Source of the DNA: Lama glama
Lineage: Eukaryota
DNA length: 64,000 bases
Direction: 5' to 3'
Assembly (NCBI GenBank): GCA_028534125.1
Contig: CM052817.1
Span: 22,942,001-23,006,000 of the forward strand
Positions 13,721 through 27,694 of the stretch are shown here, one piece after another (position 1 is the stretch's first letter; each line of letters opens with the position of its first letter). The notes under the pieces were generated by a model, which did no database searches, had not been told where the DNA came from, and saw only the letters and a program-made list of their open reading frames with translations. The translations under genes were made by a program, and so were the position numbers.

Positions 13721-13929
13721 TCTATCTCAATGTATGTCCTAACTATATAGGTGTCTGTTGTTACAACTATTATTAAATTCTCTAGATGTTCAACATCTAT
13801 TTGGAAAATTACCAACTGAATTTCTTTGTTTACCTCAGGAAGTCACAAAGGACAAAATGCTTCATTTGCATCTGGACACATTTATTAAGGACAGAATGAA
13901 TTAACAGTTGATACCCATTATTATTGTTT

Positions 13930-14760
13930 TATATTTTTAGTATTTATTCCTATGAATTCTTCACATATTTTGGATATGTCTTCTATCAAATGTGTGTTTT
14001 GTGAACTTTTTTCTCATTGAAGACTTACCTTTTTTATAATCAGAACCTTTTGTTAAATAGATATACATTATTTACATGAATTTATTCATAACTTTGTATC
14101 ATTAATGCTTTTTGTGTCCTAAGAAATCTTCATGTTACCAAGGCAGTAAAAATGTTCTCCTATATTTCTTGTAGAAACTTTTAGATTTATATTTTTTCCT
14201 TATATCCATGAGAGTAATTAATTAATTTTGGTCTGTGTTTTGAGGCAGGGATCAATATTTTTTACATAAATCTATCCAGCATCATGTGTTGAAAGGACTC
14301 ATTTTCCCATTAAATGTCTGGCACATCAGTAAAGTAAATAAACTGACTATATGTATATTTGTATATATACAAATGCCACTTGTTTTATGGCACTGGTCCG
14401 GGACTCTCAGTTCTCTTCCATTGATTTATTTGTTTATGCTATGTCAGTCCTACATTATCTTGCTTACTGTATATGTTGTAAACCTTGAAATCGAGGAGGG
14501 TGGGTGCGCCAAATATGTTATTTTACAAAAACCCACCAAAAAGCATGTTTGTTAAGGTCTTTTTTGGTTTCATACATGTGTTAGAAGGAGCATAACATTT
14601 TTTACAAACAAAACAAAACCCTAGTTGAATTCTAAGATTATACTGAGTCTGGGGATAAATTTTGGGGAGAACGGACAACTTGATGATACTGATTCCTCTG
14701 ATTGATGTTCATCTTTCCATTAGCAACACTTTGTAGTTTTCTGTGTTTATGTCATGCAAA
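13930..14760 (-). mobile_element. Decayed L1 ORF2 fragment
   Basis: Antisense L1 phrases 'ttcttcacatattttggatat', 'gctttttgtgtcctaagaaatct', 'ccagcatcatgtgttgaaaggact', 'gataaattttggggagaacggaca'. Confidence 0.8.
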
Positions 14761-16255
14761 TCTCCCCATATTTCACTTACTACTACTTCATTTTTTAGGA
14801 ATTTTTAGGATTTTGCTTCATTTTTACTTTCCTGTCTTTTCTCCTATGATGATTTTTATATTCAGCAGTGTATCAACTGAAACATCAGACCTACATGCAA
14901 ATATGTCTTTCTATATATTCACAAAACTCTCTCAAGCATATATTGATTTTTAAGGACAGATGTCCTCAAATTTACATCTCCAGGGTACAATTTTTCTGTA
15001 TGAATTCGCCCATATGATTTTCATATTCTTCCCATTTCTCAAACTCTTCTCTTTTTCAACAGTTACTGCAATCACCATTTTTACGTCCTCCTGTATTAAG
15101 CTCCATTTTTCCAGTTTTAATCAACTCCTCAGCTAATCCAACTATCATATTGTTCATGTGAGATTTGGTCATCTACTTTTCATCTGCTGTAAACAGATAC
15201 TGAACATTTTTATTTATCTCAAACTGTTGACAATAGTCTAAGTTATGCAGGCTTCCTGATCTCCAAATGATAAAGATTAATTTTAAATTTTTTATAGTGT
15301 ATCTTATCTCCAAAATGTTCAATCAAGTCATCATTGTACATCTGCATCTATGTAAATATTTATATCAACTTTAAAAGGCAACACTGGATTAAGACATCAC
15401 TTAAATCTTTTTTAAAACATCACAAAGGTACTAAATATTGATATAATGTGATGGAGAATAGTGTATTATCAGAAGTCATATCAGAGAGAACACACTAGTA
15501 TATGGTTGTAAGAAATATTTTCAGTAGTTACATGGGGTAGAGAACTGAGTATTTCAAAGGTATATCAAACTACTTTCTAATGCTGGCAGGTCCAGGAGGC
15601 CTTTGATTTGCTGAGTTTACAGCAACATCTTAGACACTGATTGGTACCAATGATAGTCCTCTGTTTTTGTTCCATTAGCAACTCAGCATTCTCTCAAAAA
15701 AAAAAAAAGTAGAAATATCTAAAGACTATCTGCTTGAAGACACAAGAATGTATTAGCTTGCCTCTCATGGCCACCTTCCCAAAATTGAGAGCTGTATTTG
15801 GAGAAAAATAGACAGACAGGTGTGAGAGGAAGAACATGAAAAAATTATCTGATGCATCACATACAGATGAGATTACATATCCAATTATATAATAATGTTT
15901 TGATGTCAAATTTTTGTTTACTTTCTCTTGAGTAATAACTCATAGCATTGTAATGTAGGAAAAAACCCATTATCTTTTTGTTTAGTAAATGTTCTTTACA
16001 TCCAAGATTTTCCTTCCAGTGCTTCAGTATGTTTCTCTCCTCAGGCATTTGGTTGCAGGATATGCATTCTTGTATCAAGTATCTGATTACAATTTGCAGA
16101 TAATTAGTTCTTAGTCTTTATATCTTGAAATGTCCAAATTGAACTTTAAGTATTATTTATGGAGTCTTCCTTTTCCACTGCCTGGAAATGGCCTTTGTCT
16201 GCATATCTGAGTTTCTCTTATTTCTCTAACTATGTACAGTATCCTGTCTATTTTT

Positions 16256-16606
16256 CTCTTAATCATTTTGGCTGTTAAAACAAAATGCCACAGACTGGGT
16301 GGCTTACAAATAACAACAAGTGGCTTTCAAAGTTTTGGAGGTTGGAAGTCTGAGATCAGGGTGCTAGCTTGATTGTGTTCTGGTAAGAGCCTTCTTTTGG
16401 ATTGTGCTTGGTTGACTGCTGACTTCTTAACTTCATATGGCAGAAAGAGTGAGAGACCACGAGATCTCTTTTTATAGGGCACTAATCCCGTTCTCCAGAG
16501 TGCCATCCTCATGTCTCAATCACCTCCCAAAGACTTCATCTTCTAATGCTATCACACTGGAGGTTAGGGTCTCAACATATGAATTTTAAACACTCAGTCC
16601 ACAACA
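16256..16606 (-). mobile_element. MaLR solo LTR, MLT1A-like
   Basis: 'aaaatgccacagactgggtggctta...ggaggttggaagtctgagatcaggg...tatagggcactaatccc...atcacctcccaaag...ctcaacatatgaatttt...cagtccacaaca'. Confidence 0.9.
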
Positions 16607-17919
16607 TTATTATTTTTCTCATCTATGCTTTAGGTACGTCCTGTCCAGTATAGTAGCATTGGGAGGAATTTATCCATGAATAGGTTCAAGTTTCTGCTCG
16701 GTTTAGGCTTTCAGAGCAAAGGGCACTGGCAACTCCATTGGATGGAAATTATATATTGAAGCTAGTGATAGTGCATCACTCTGGAGAGATTTGGAGATTT
16801 ATATCCCTGCAGCAGTTTGCAATTCCATGGTAGTGAAGATAACATTTTCCCCTTCGGTCCCTGGAGAAAATTTGTTTAAATTTCAAAGTAAAGATGTCTG
16901 TCTTTCTGTTTGCTTTCTCTCCCCATTTAGAGGAGAGGATTTGCATATATGACAATCACCTTATATAAACTTCAGTTGACCTAATTCTGGGCTAACTCTT
17001 TTTAGAATCAAACCCACTACATATGGAGGTGATGTCCTGTCTTCATTCACATAGCCCTGTGGGCAACTGGGAAGGGCACAATCTATGAATAATAACTGTT
17101 AGTCTGATCCACAAAGCTTGTGTCTCCTGCCAGAGTGCACATGTAGTTCTCTTTCTCTCTCTCTCCACCCCATCTTTCCCTCCCTACCTCTCATCTACCA
17201 GCTCTCTCTTTCTCTTCCACCACGTATGTCAGGTAGGTATAGATACAGATGTATCTCACATATAAGTTTAAAATTGTATATTTTAAATTGCCATTTAAAT
17301 TTAAAATTATACTGTACTCTTCCCTGAGGATGAGCTATACTGGATATTTTACTTGCAACTAAATACATATACATGTTAATATATATTAACAAGTTGCCTG
17401 TATGTGTGTATGTATACACACACACACACACATACATATTCATAGTTTATTAGCTTGCAAGTAAGGCACCATTTCCTTTCACTTTTTTTCTTTTAATGTG
17501 ACTGACAGAATTTAAAATAGCATAAATTTATGTTATATTTCTATTGGACAATGTTGCTCTAGACTCTGTATCCTTAGGAGAGGCTATTTAATTCATTTTG
17601 ACTTCTGTAAGATTTTATTTTACTTCAGAGTCAAAGGTGAAAATATAGTGGGTAATTTAGAGGCACTTCATGTTTAGCAATTTTAACACTTCTTGTTGGG
17701 AATATTAACACAGCTATGGCTTACGGGTATTACTATTTATTTATTTCAAACTCTCTATCTTATGGGCAACACATATTCTAGTCACACTCTATTCTTCCTT
17801 GCTTTTGTCTCGGTTTATAAAAACTAAAATATCACAAAAGACATAGAGACATTTAACGGCAAAACTCAATTAAAAGGATAGAAGTTAGGGCAAAGTGCAA
17901 TTAAGAACCAAGTCATTTT

Positions 17920-18827
17920 CATTTCTCCAAAGACATACAGATGCCCTGCAGGCATATGAAAATATGTTTAATACCAGTAATTGTTAGAGAAATGCAAACC
18001 AAAACTACAATGAGGTGTCACCTCACACCAGTCAGAATGACCATTATTCAAAAGTCTACAAATAATAAATGCTGGAGAGGATGTGGAGAAAAAGGAACCC
18101 TCCTAAACTGTTGGTGGGAGTGTAAATCGATGTAGCCACTGCAGAGAGTAGTATGGAGGTTCCTCACAAGACTAAAAATAGAGTTACCATAAGATCCTAC
18201 AATCCCACTCCTGGGCATATATTCAGAGAAAACTCTAATTCAAAAAGATACATGCACCCCGAAGTTCACAGCAGCACTATTTACAACAGCCTAGACATGG
18301 GAGCAACTAAATGTCCATTGAGAGAGGAAAGGATAAAGGTGTGGTGTACACATAATGAAATATTACTCAGCCATAAAAACAAATGAGAGAGTGCCATTTG
18401 CAACAACATGAACAGACCTAGAGATTATCATACTAAGTGAAATAAGTCAGAAAAACGTGAATATCGTATGATAGTACTTATATGTGAAACTTAAATAATG
18501 ATACAAATTAACCTATTTATAAAACAAATAGAATCACTGACATAGAAACAAATTTATGGTTATTAAAGGGGAAAGTGAGGGGGTGGAGGAAGGGATAAAC
18601 TAGGAGTTTGGGATTACTATATACATACTATTATAAATAAAACAGATAAACAATAACCACTTACTGCATAGCACAGGAAATCATATTCAATACCTTGTAA
18701 TACCTATAATGGGAAAAAATCTGAAAAATTACATATATATATAAATACATTTATAATAAACTCAATCATTTTGTTGTACACCTGAAACTAACACAACATT
18801 GTAAATTAATTATACTTCAATAAAAAA
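17920..18827 (+). mobile_element. 5'-truncated younger L1 (ORF2 C-terminus and 3' UTR), cetartiodactyl-type
   Basis: ORF 17941-18135 translates to the L1 ORF2 C-terminus ([18 protein letters not shown]...[20 protein letters not shown]); 3' UTR 'gggataaactaggagtttgggatt...gtacacctgaaactaacacaacattgtaa...cttcaataaaaa'. Confidence 0.95.
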
Positions 18828-20462
18828 TATATTTCAAAGCCCAATAAAATACCATTAAATCAATATGATAATTACTGCGAAGACATGAGTTGATAACAAC
18901 TGCATTAAAACAAATCTTTAAAGTGTTCTATGCTACTGAAAAAATAAAGCTCAAACTATTCACAAATAAGAAACAAAAATGTTCAAAAAATAAGTCATTT
19001 TGAGTATTTTATATTAAAAAGTAAAAGCCTCAATTAATTTCCGGTAGCAATTAAGAAAAAAACCTGATTTTAGTCACTGTGAAAAATACACGTAACAGCT
19101 TTTTGATCTTTAGGATCAGCAAACTAATATTGGAAAGTAAAACCAATAGATCAGCATTTTAATGTGACAAAGGTAGCTAAACTGTCAACATTTATTTTCC
19201 TTCAGAATTGTTTTTACTTCAAATATAAATTTTCTAATTAGTAGAGTAACTCATGATGCATTTTTAAGAAACAAAGAGCATTTTTCAACACTTTTAAAAA
19301 GAGTTAGACTGCCAAGAAATAGAAATAATAAACATTATTAAAACAGCAATTAAATAATGAATGTTTATGACACTTTAGAAAATACAATAAATATGGAGAT
19401 ATATATAATATATATATATGTATGTGTGTGTATATATATATCACTGCCTATGCTTTAATCTGAAAATGGTGACAGGCAGTTTTAGAATAGAAATTTTTAA
19501 TTTATGTGTTAATTATCAGGTTGCAACAGAGTAGTAATATTAATAGTAAAAATTCTTCTTCCTCAGTCAGAATGTTTGTAATCAAGAAATTAACAATGTT
19601 GATGCTACCTTAAAAAAAATCATGAGTGATAAACCCTCAGTGAGAAAAGTATTACTAAAATAAGATAAAAAATTCAGAGCATACAGATCCATGTTTTGTT
19701 GTGTGAAGCGCTTTGTAGAGCTCAACATCAGAATTTTAATCCATATGCTTCACACTGTTCGTGCCAAATCCAGCTTCTAAGTAATTGATGAGCAAATGCT
19801 TTTATCAAATTAGATTTATAGGATGTAAACGAAAAATAATTCATTAATGTTAAAGACTTTGTAAAACCTTCTTTCCTTGTATTGTGATTTTAAATAGATC
19901 GGGTAATTATTTTAAGACAGTATCTTGTCAAGAGTTTTTAAAAGGACTACACTTTTCATTTTCAGTATCTCAGAACGGAATAATTGAAATGTTTATGTTG
20001 GAAAAGACTTCAACTTAATCTTATAGTTTCATCTATTCACATATCTAGCAAGCACCTAGACTGAAAAAAAAAAAAAAGACTCCTCTTTTTACATCATTAA
20101 AACATCCTTAACATTTCACCCAGGAAAAATGGCATTTAAAATACTAGATTATTTTTGAAAAAAAAGTTTCTCAATTCCTATAAATAAACAATGTACCAAA
20201 AATACAACTTTCTCAAATCGTCATAGGCATAAGCAGAATTCCAGGGCTTATCTGCCTTTATCTTACACATCCTGAGTTAATCTGATAGCCTGTCTAGACA
20301 CATGGGTGACACCATGTATCCTGTAGTGTATCCATGACAGACATGGTTGTCTTATCAGTTGTCCTAATAAATGACAGTGCCCAATCCATTTAATTTTTAG
20401 ATGCCACTCTATTTTAAAGTCAACATGGTTATTAAATGATTGTTTTACCTTTATTAAAATAC

Positions 20463-20595
20463 TCATTCATTTATTTATTCATTCAACAAATATTTTAAGT
20501 ATTTACTATGCGTTAGCATTTTAATAGGAGCTGAGGCTGTAGCTTTGAACAAACATACAATTCTCAACCTCATGGAATTTATAATTTGGTGAATA
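20463..20595 (-). mobile_element. LINE-2 3' end
   Basis: 'cattcatttatttattcattcaacaaatatttt...tactatg...gaacaaa...cctcatggaatttata'. Confidence 0.8.
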
Positions 20596-21454
20596 TGTAG
20601 CAGATTGAAAATAATAAAACTTTTTTTTTAACCAAGTTGTTTAGTTGTTTAATTAACATATCATTTGGGCTTTGGTATTTCAGGGTAGAAATGTACAAAC
20701 ATTGACTTTGTAATCTCAAAAGAATGACTACTCCAATGTGCTGCTTTTAACCATATGATTATCTTTCCCTTAATATATGTGTGCCATTTAAATTTAAAAT
20801 TGTGCTACACTTTTCTGAGGATCAGCTATCCTGGATATTTTATTTGCCATACACTCAATTTTGGGCCAAGTTCTACTCACTTTAGATAGCATTATCTCTA
20901 CTTTTACTTCCTCAGTCTACGTCAGGAATCTATTCTGTTTCTACCACTACTCTTCAGTTATTTAGTTTGCCCCAACCACTTAGTCCTAAAATCAGCAGGT
21001 ACTTTATGTTCCCTTGGACATGCCATAGACTGAATGAAATTTCATTAATTTCATCTTTAAACATAAACATTACTCCAACAACACTTTGCACCTAGAAGGA
21101 AATATTATCCAAACAGAGATTAGTCTACAAAGTTCCTGAGTTCAGAAACACAGGGAGTTAGAGAGGCAAAGTGAAGAGACACTGTTTTTACCTTCAGATT
21201 GTTGTAAACTCAGGCTCTCCCCGCAAGATACCCTACTTCTCACTTGCCCACTGGTGTCAGAATACCTCCCCTCATTCCTCAGCCCTGACAGAAAGAGCCA
21301 AAGAAGTTGAGGAATTTAGACCACTTTCTCACCATATCCCCAATGGTTTCCCTGGGAAAGGTATGCACAGCTACTTCTATAGAGAAATCCATAGTTTTCA
21401 GATAGACACATTCGGGTTTACTTCTAAGAATACTAACACTCTCAGCTAATGTGT

Positions 21455-21658
21455 AGGGGCATGTGCTAGGTATCTAGCATTTCACATGCATTTTTCACAT
21501 GTAATTTTCCAGCAATAAGACCATGAGATAGATAATGTTCAATTTTACAAACGAGGAAACAGAGGTGTAGGCAGAAAAACAGCTCACCTTGGATCACAGT
21601 CAGTATTTGAAAACAAGATTTACTTTTAATCCAATAAACTTTGCTATTAATCACTACA
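21455..21658 (-). mobile_element. MIR
   Basis: 'attttacaaacgaggaaacagagg...ggatcacagtcagt...aatcactaca'. Confidence 0.75.
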
Positions 21659-24169
21659 ATTATGACACATATAACCAGTTGTCATTTACCAGCCTGTCAG
21701 GAAGTTCATATTTATTCTAAAACCACAGAAAACTTCTTGTTGGCAGATAATTTTACGAGGATTTAAAAAAACTGCCAAAATTATTTTGTCCTTATACTTG
21801 TTATCTTATAATTGTTATCTACCTCTGGATAGCAAGCACTACAGGGAAGTTACAACTTTAATTGGTGAGATATTGATATAGATATAAACACACTTCACTA
21901 ATTATATGTTTTTAGATCTTATATTAGTGAAACTAGTGAAATATATAAAATGTAAATAAATATTTTTTGTTTATTTGTATTAAATTTTTTCTTTCTTCTC
22001 TCTTTCCCTTATTTCCTTGTTCAATTGTTTCTTTCTTGAAATCCATCTGGTGCAACAAATGAGCAGAGTTTAAATGATTTTTAAAATACGTAACAAAAGC
22101 TTTGAAAGTAGAAAAATTCATTAAAAAGAAAACACTAAATAGAAAAATTGAGTGGGAAAGTGTCCAAATTTGAGTCAAGTAAGTGACTCAGCCAAGATGC
22201 CTGGAAGATTTTCTCTAAGATGTGAACTTTTCAACTACATTTTGGAAGGAGCAAAATACATGGCTTATTACACAGAATGAAGAGGGTGCTGAGGGAAGGC
22301 TGAGATGACAATGCAGAGATGGGGACTGGCCTTTGTAATGGGGGTAGGTCACTGAGCTGGGGAAGGACAATCAAAGTCTGAGCATCAGAGAGCATGGAGT
22401 GTGGAAGGAGGGTTATGATCAATGAGTAAACGTGGCTGAGATAGGATTTTTAAAGATAGGAACCATTTTGAGAATCTGTTTTAGTAATGGCATACAAAAA
22501 CAATGATGAGAATAGGAAGATTTCAACTTTGCTTAGAGTTTTAAGACTTTTTGTTGACCTTTTCATCACCTATGTAATCTTGTCACCGTGGTCTGTTTGG
22601 AGAACTTGAGTTAAACTTTTTGCATTTCTTAAGTAACCAGTGAACACAGAAAGAAGTTTAAAGCTCTGGTAAATGAAAGATCATCAAAAATTAATGTCAC
22701 TTGGCCAAAGGACACAACTTCAAAGATGAACACTGAAAAACCATGAACAAAATGGTATGAAAAGCTTAAACTCGGTGTATTAAATGAACATATTAGTACT
22801 TGTTTACAGATGGGAAAGACATTTAAATATTTACTAAATGTTGTTTGCATAAGCAACAGAAATCCTGCTGTAGTTTTAGTCTAACAGATCTTAGCTGAAT
22901 TCTAAATTATGAGCAATTTCCAAAATGAAAAACACACAAAATTAATATTCATTTAAATTAGAGCATGCTTTAATAATTTATTAATGAAATTTAAATAAGC
23001 AATTGAAATTATTTTTTCATTATGAAATGACATCTTACATTGTAAATGAGAAAAAAAAGGTCTATATTCTAGGATATTAAATTGAGGAAAAAATATTTGA
23101 ACCCTTTTCCTAATATTTAACATTAAGGAATTCATGGCAATATGATACTTCTCATGATAACTCCTTATAAAAATATAATTATAATCATTTTTTGGTCTTT
23201 TAACCTATAAAAGAAATATTTCTCATAATTAATTGTGAGCAAAACTATGACAAGGGCACCATTTCAAATTTTCATTTACTTTCAAATATTTCTAACCTAT
23301 CATATATAGAAATATTCAAGCTTAATTAATGACAAGAATTATTCCCCAAACTTGAAAGGATACTTTAGGTCAAGATCCCATTATAAATAGAAGATATTTC
23401 TTATATATAGCACATCTTTCATTTCAAAGGACATGCTAAATGTAATAAAGAGTACAAGAATATTGATCAATGTATGACATTAAACTTCTGTAATAAATAT
23501 ATTTTAATAGTTTTAAATATACAGTATTCCAAGCAACACCTAAACTTACAAATTACACAAAAATGATTTACATGAAATATGCATACAGGAACACATTTTT
23601 ACTATGTGACAGCCTTTCCAGTTGACATTTCAAATCTTTTAGCAGAAAATAAAAATAGAAATTAAATTACCAATTAAGTTGCCTATTCTTCAACTTTAAT
23701 CATGTCATGTTATTTTCCATTAGTCTACTTAAGCTTTTTTTCATTGGTAGATTAAAATAACTCATTCAAAGCTAATGTTTTGTCTACTTTTATAGAGTCT
23801 GTAATGTCACTTGTCATTTCCTGTATGCCTAGCATAATAGGTATAATCCATTAATATTCTCAGATAAGCCACACAATAAGCCAGAATTTTGTAAATAATC
23901 TAAAGAAATCTTACAAATAAGTAGTATGAGCAGGAAAAAGTCATGCTTATTAATTATGGGATTTTCATTATGTATTTATTCTATTATATATAAGACAATC
24001 AGAAAATTATTAACATTTGATGAATGTCATTATGTCCATGTCCCACAATTTCTCATTATTTAGTCTGAGTTTTGACTGTATTAATTATATATGAAATCAT
24101 ACTCTTTTGGGGAATAGACAGTGCAAAGGTCATTGAATTGAAAGTCTGTGAAACTTTTTCTCCTATCGA

Positions 24170-25020
24170 TCAAGGTAGAACACTGATGGCTGGTAGATGC
24201 ACTTTATACATGGTACTACTGGAAGCATTGGGCAGTGATCCCAGAGAAATGGGCAACAAGCAAGTTGAGGTCTTCAGTTGCCTCAATTTACTATCTAGAG
24301 AGATTCTGCGGGGCACAGGACAGAGATCTATCTCAAAGAGATCCTGGCAGTCTCCAGGAATTGAAGAGACCAAGTGGAAGATTCAGGTTGGCCAAGCTGC
24401 TAGAATTTTCAGAACAGACAATCAGAGGGGATAGCACTGTACTAAGAGGAGAGAGATACAGACAGATAATGCTAAGAAGAGCTACAGAAGGTACTATGGA
24501 AGTCTTCAGCTAAGAACTGATCAGCATCAACATGTGAGGAGGAGACTATAAGGCTAGAAAATGACCCACCAAAAAAAACCCAAAACACATAAAAGAATCA
24601 CCAGTGCTCATAGAAAGCTCAAAATGGATGTGTTCTAACCAGCAGTTTGTGGAAAAATCTCAATACATGAAGTACTGGAAGGATTATTCAAAAAGGTATT
24701 GCCTCCATCGTAAGGCAAAATTTTCTCTAGATTGAAGGCCGCTCTGCTCTTGCCAGTTAGGTAGATAGATTAGATAGATAGATAGACAGACAGACAGCAA
24801 GATAGCCTGAAAAGTATGAAACTGTTCCAAGTAATTTAACTGCATCCAAGAACAAAGTACAGAAATATTTAAGGGAATACAAAAATATTCAGCAACCAAT
24901 AAAGTAAATAACAATTTCTGAAAACCAACCAAAACTTCTAGGCATTTAGAGAAGCAGGAAAATATGAACTATAATGGGAAAAAAAATCAATCAATATAAG
25001 AGAACTGGACACAGATGATG
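24170..25020 (+). mobile_element. Old L1M 5' UTR and ORF1-start remnant
   Basis: 'aaactgttccaagtaatttaactgcatcc...aggcatttagagaagcaggaaaatatgaactataat...aatcaatcaat...acacagatgatg' resembles L1MC/L1ME 5' ends; the left boundary is uncertain. Confidence 0.65.
24758..24797. repeat. (TAGA)n/(CAGA)n tetranucleotide repeat
   Basis: taggtagatagattagatagatagatagacagacagacag. Confidence 0.9.
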
Positions 25021-26009
25021 ACTTTTTCAAACTGTCCTGAACTAAAAATATTAAAGATAAGTAGTGTTGGCTTTAATGAGAATCTGACTATTATAACGAA
25101 TCCCTTGCTCTAGTTTAAAAAAATAAATACTTATTTTTCATATTGCAGCCTAGATATCATAGGTCCCCTTCGTCCCTTGGAGAAACTTTATTCCTTGCTT
25201 CTGTGGAATTCTAAATCATCCCTCTCCTGAGATTTCTTCAAGTAACCAAAAGTTAATTTTCTCCTGTCTTTCTCTTTCTCCAAGTTTGACTACGCTGTAC
25301 AGTAAGTGGATCAGATATTCAAAATTCATCCCTTTGAAAGACTGACAAATGCCATCCTTAACCCAAGAATTTCAGAAATTTTGCAAAAATTTTAAAGGTT
25401 TATAAAGTAACCAAGGGGCATGCTGGAAGACTCTGTGGCCTTCTGATACCTCCAAAGTCCCGTTTCTGCTTTTCTCCACCTACTACCTTCTTTACTCCAT
25501 CCCTTTCAGAATGACTTTGTTAGCTCCAAATTCTATGTCAGATTTATGCACATTTTACCCCAAATACAAGCCCATACTCATCAAAAAAATTCATCAAAAT
25601 GATAATAATATGGGATCTTTGCAGTATGGATATAATCATATGTCTCTCCAGTGTCCTCATAGCAGTAATACCTAAAAATACCCCAAAACACTAATGATTT
25701 TAGTCTAGTTATAATCTTTCACTTTTTAAGATGATTTTATATAAATATTCCATTATATATACATTTATTCTGATTTTACATTTGATCTTTTAAAAATGAT
25801 CCTTTATTATTAAATGAATTTGGGGATATTAATTGTATGGGCTTCAGAATACTTCATCAGGCATTTTGGAACAAGATATTAAATCATATATATTTGGAAT
25901 CATATTTCAGGAGCTGTGTCCTCAAATATGGAAGCATTTTTCATGGACGTGTTTGAGTTATCTTCCAAGAAAAACTGTCCTCATAAAATAATCAACACAA
26001 CTGCAATTG

Positions 26010-26170
26010 TGATCAGCCAGGCACCGTCCTATTCTCTTATTTCATTATCTAATTTAATATTTACAATATTATTGTGGGTGTCCGTATTCTATTCATTTCA
26101 TGCATGATGGACCTGAGGATCATAGCTATTAAGCAAAATGCCCAAGACAGAATCAGTTTCAAATCTTTCT
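26010..26170 (-). mobile_element. MIR (diverged)
   Basis: 'gccaggcaccgtcct...cattatctaatttaat...catgatggacctgagg...ttaagcaaaatgcccaag'. Confidence 0.6.
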
Positions 26171-27513
26171 TCCTGACATAAAATCTCACAATAATGTTGT
26201 GTTTATATTTTTCCCCAACATGGTGTGACTGATGTGTATGTATGCATTTTAGGTGTTTGTTAATTTTATCTTTATCTTAGGAACATTCAATTTACCTAAT
26301 CAGTTATACAGACTTCAAGGAAGGTGAGTATTTATTCAAATGTCCACAATTTGACAGAACTACTATCAGTCTAATCTTTACCTTGGATCATCACCAGCAG
26401 TCTTAACAAGGTGGTAACTAAGCCTGATGATATTATAGACATTGGATATCTTTGGAGAAATAAGTAGCTTACTTAATTAGTAAAATAAATGTGAAGAATG
26501 TGTTTCTTTGGTAAATATAATAGGTGTTCAGAAGCTGTGAACTGACTGGAAATATTTTAAGAATGCATTGTTATTGTACATGAAAAAAGTAGGTGTAGGT
26601 CAGTTGGTGAAAATTCTTCTGTTAATCATATGGCATACTGCTTCAGTGTGGAACTTAGTTAAAAATTATTTTAGTTTATTTTGATGTGCCATTTTTCATA
26701 CAAATTTCTGGAAAGAAATTACAGATCAATTTTTTAAATTTTCAGGAATTTACCACAAAGAATCTCTTTCTCCAGTTCCATTAATTATTCATGTGGCTGA
26801 TTTTATTATGGTATTTTTGGGGGGTGCAACCCGGAGGCTCTCCAACAGACTGAACACATCTCAGTATGTACAATAAATGATTCCTAGGTTCTACTCTTAG
26901 CGCTGTACTAACAACTTAAGAATTAAACATAGTCTGTTGAGTTGTATGTCATATATGTTCATGGATGTTGGGTCACATGTTATCACATGGAAATTTGAAA
27001 ATATTCTTATGCACACTTAGTAATAGCTTCCATTTGAAAAAAATGTAAAATATTATAAATTATTTCAAATCTCTAATCCTTCTTAAAGCTAAATATCTTA
27101 TGTAATTTTAATGATTCATTTTCATCTTCTATTCAAATTTGCAAAGGCAAAGCATATTTTCCCCATAGCATAATTTCATTATTCTAACTGAATGATTTAG
27201 CTATATTTCTTTATCCTTAGAATAAATAAAATTCTTTTTGAAATTTAAAAAAATACTTTTAAAACAGTTTGCCTTTTATAATATTTTTCTTCTGTAAGTT
27301 TTTGTTATTCATGAGTAAGATTCATTGTTCACATTGAAATCTATTCTCTCATTTCAAACACTTGTTTTCTTTAATTAAGGAAAAACTTCAGATGTTTATT
27401 CACATAATTAAGTGTTTTTTATTGTGTCTACTGAACATTTGGCATAATATTTTGTATAGCATAACACTTTTATCATAGTATTCTTTCCTCTGTTCTTTGG
27501 TTTCTCTCAAAAA

Positions 27514-27694
27514 ATATATATGTGCACTCACATTCACACACACATATATACACACATAAAAACACATATATATGTATATATATATATATACACATTTTAT
27601 AGCCATCATACTGGCAAATATTTATATTATATATAAACATATAATAATAGAATATATAATGTAAATTTGTGTGCATATACACACACACACACAC
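27514..27694. repeat. Compound (CA)n/(TA)n low-complexity tract
   Basis: Alternating acac and tata runs. Confidence 0.85.

Noticed and set aside
17941..18386. ORFs of 64 and 77 aa
   Set aside because: Fragments of, or alternative frames over, the L1 ORF2 C-terminus; not host genes.
19701..19755. Inverted repeat gtgtgaagc/gcttcacac
   Set aside because: Only a 9-bp stem with a long unpaired loop; not pre-miRNA-like.
24072..24513. Overlapping ORFs of 120, 92 and 67 aa
   Set aside because: No recognisable domain; they overlap a probable old L1 5' region.
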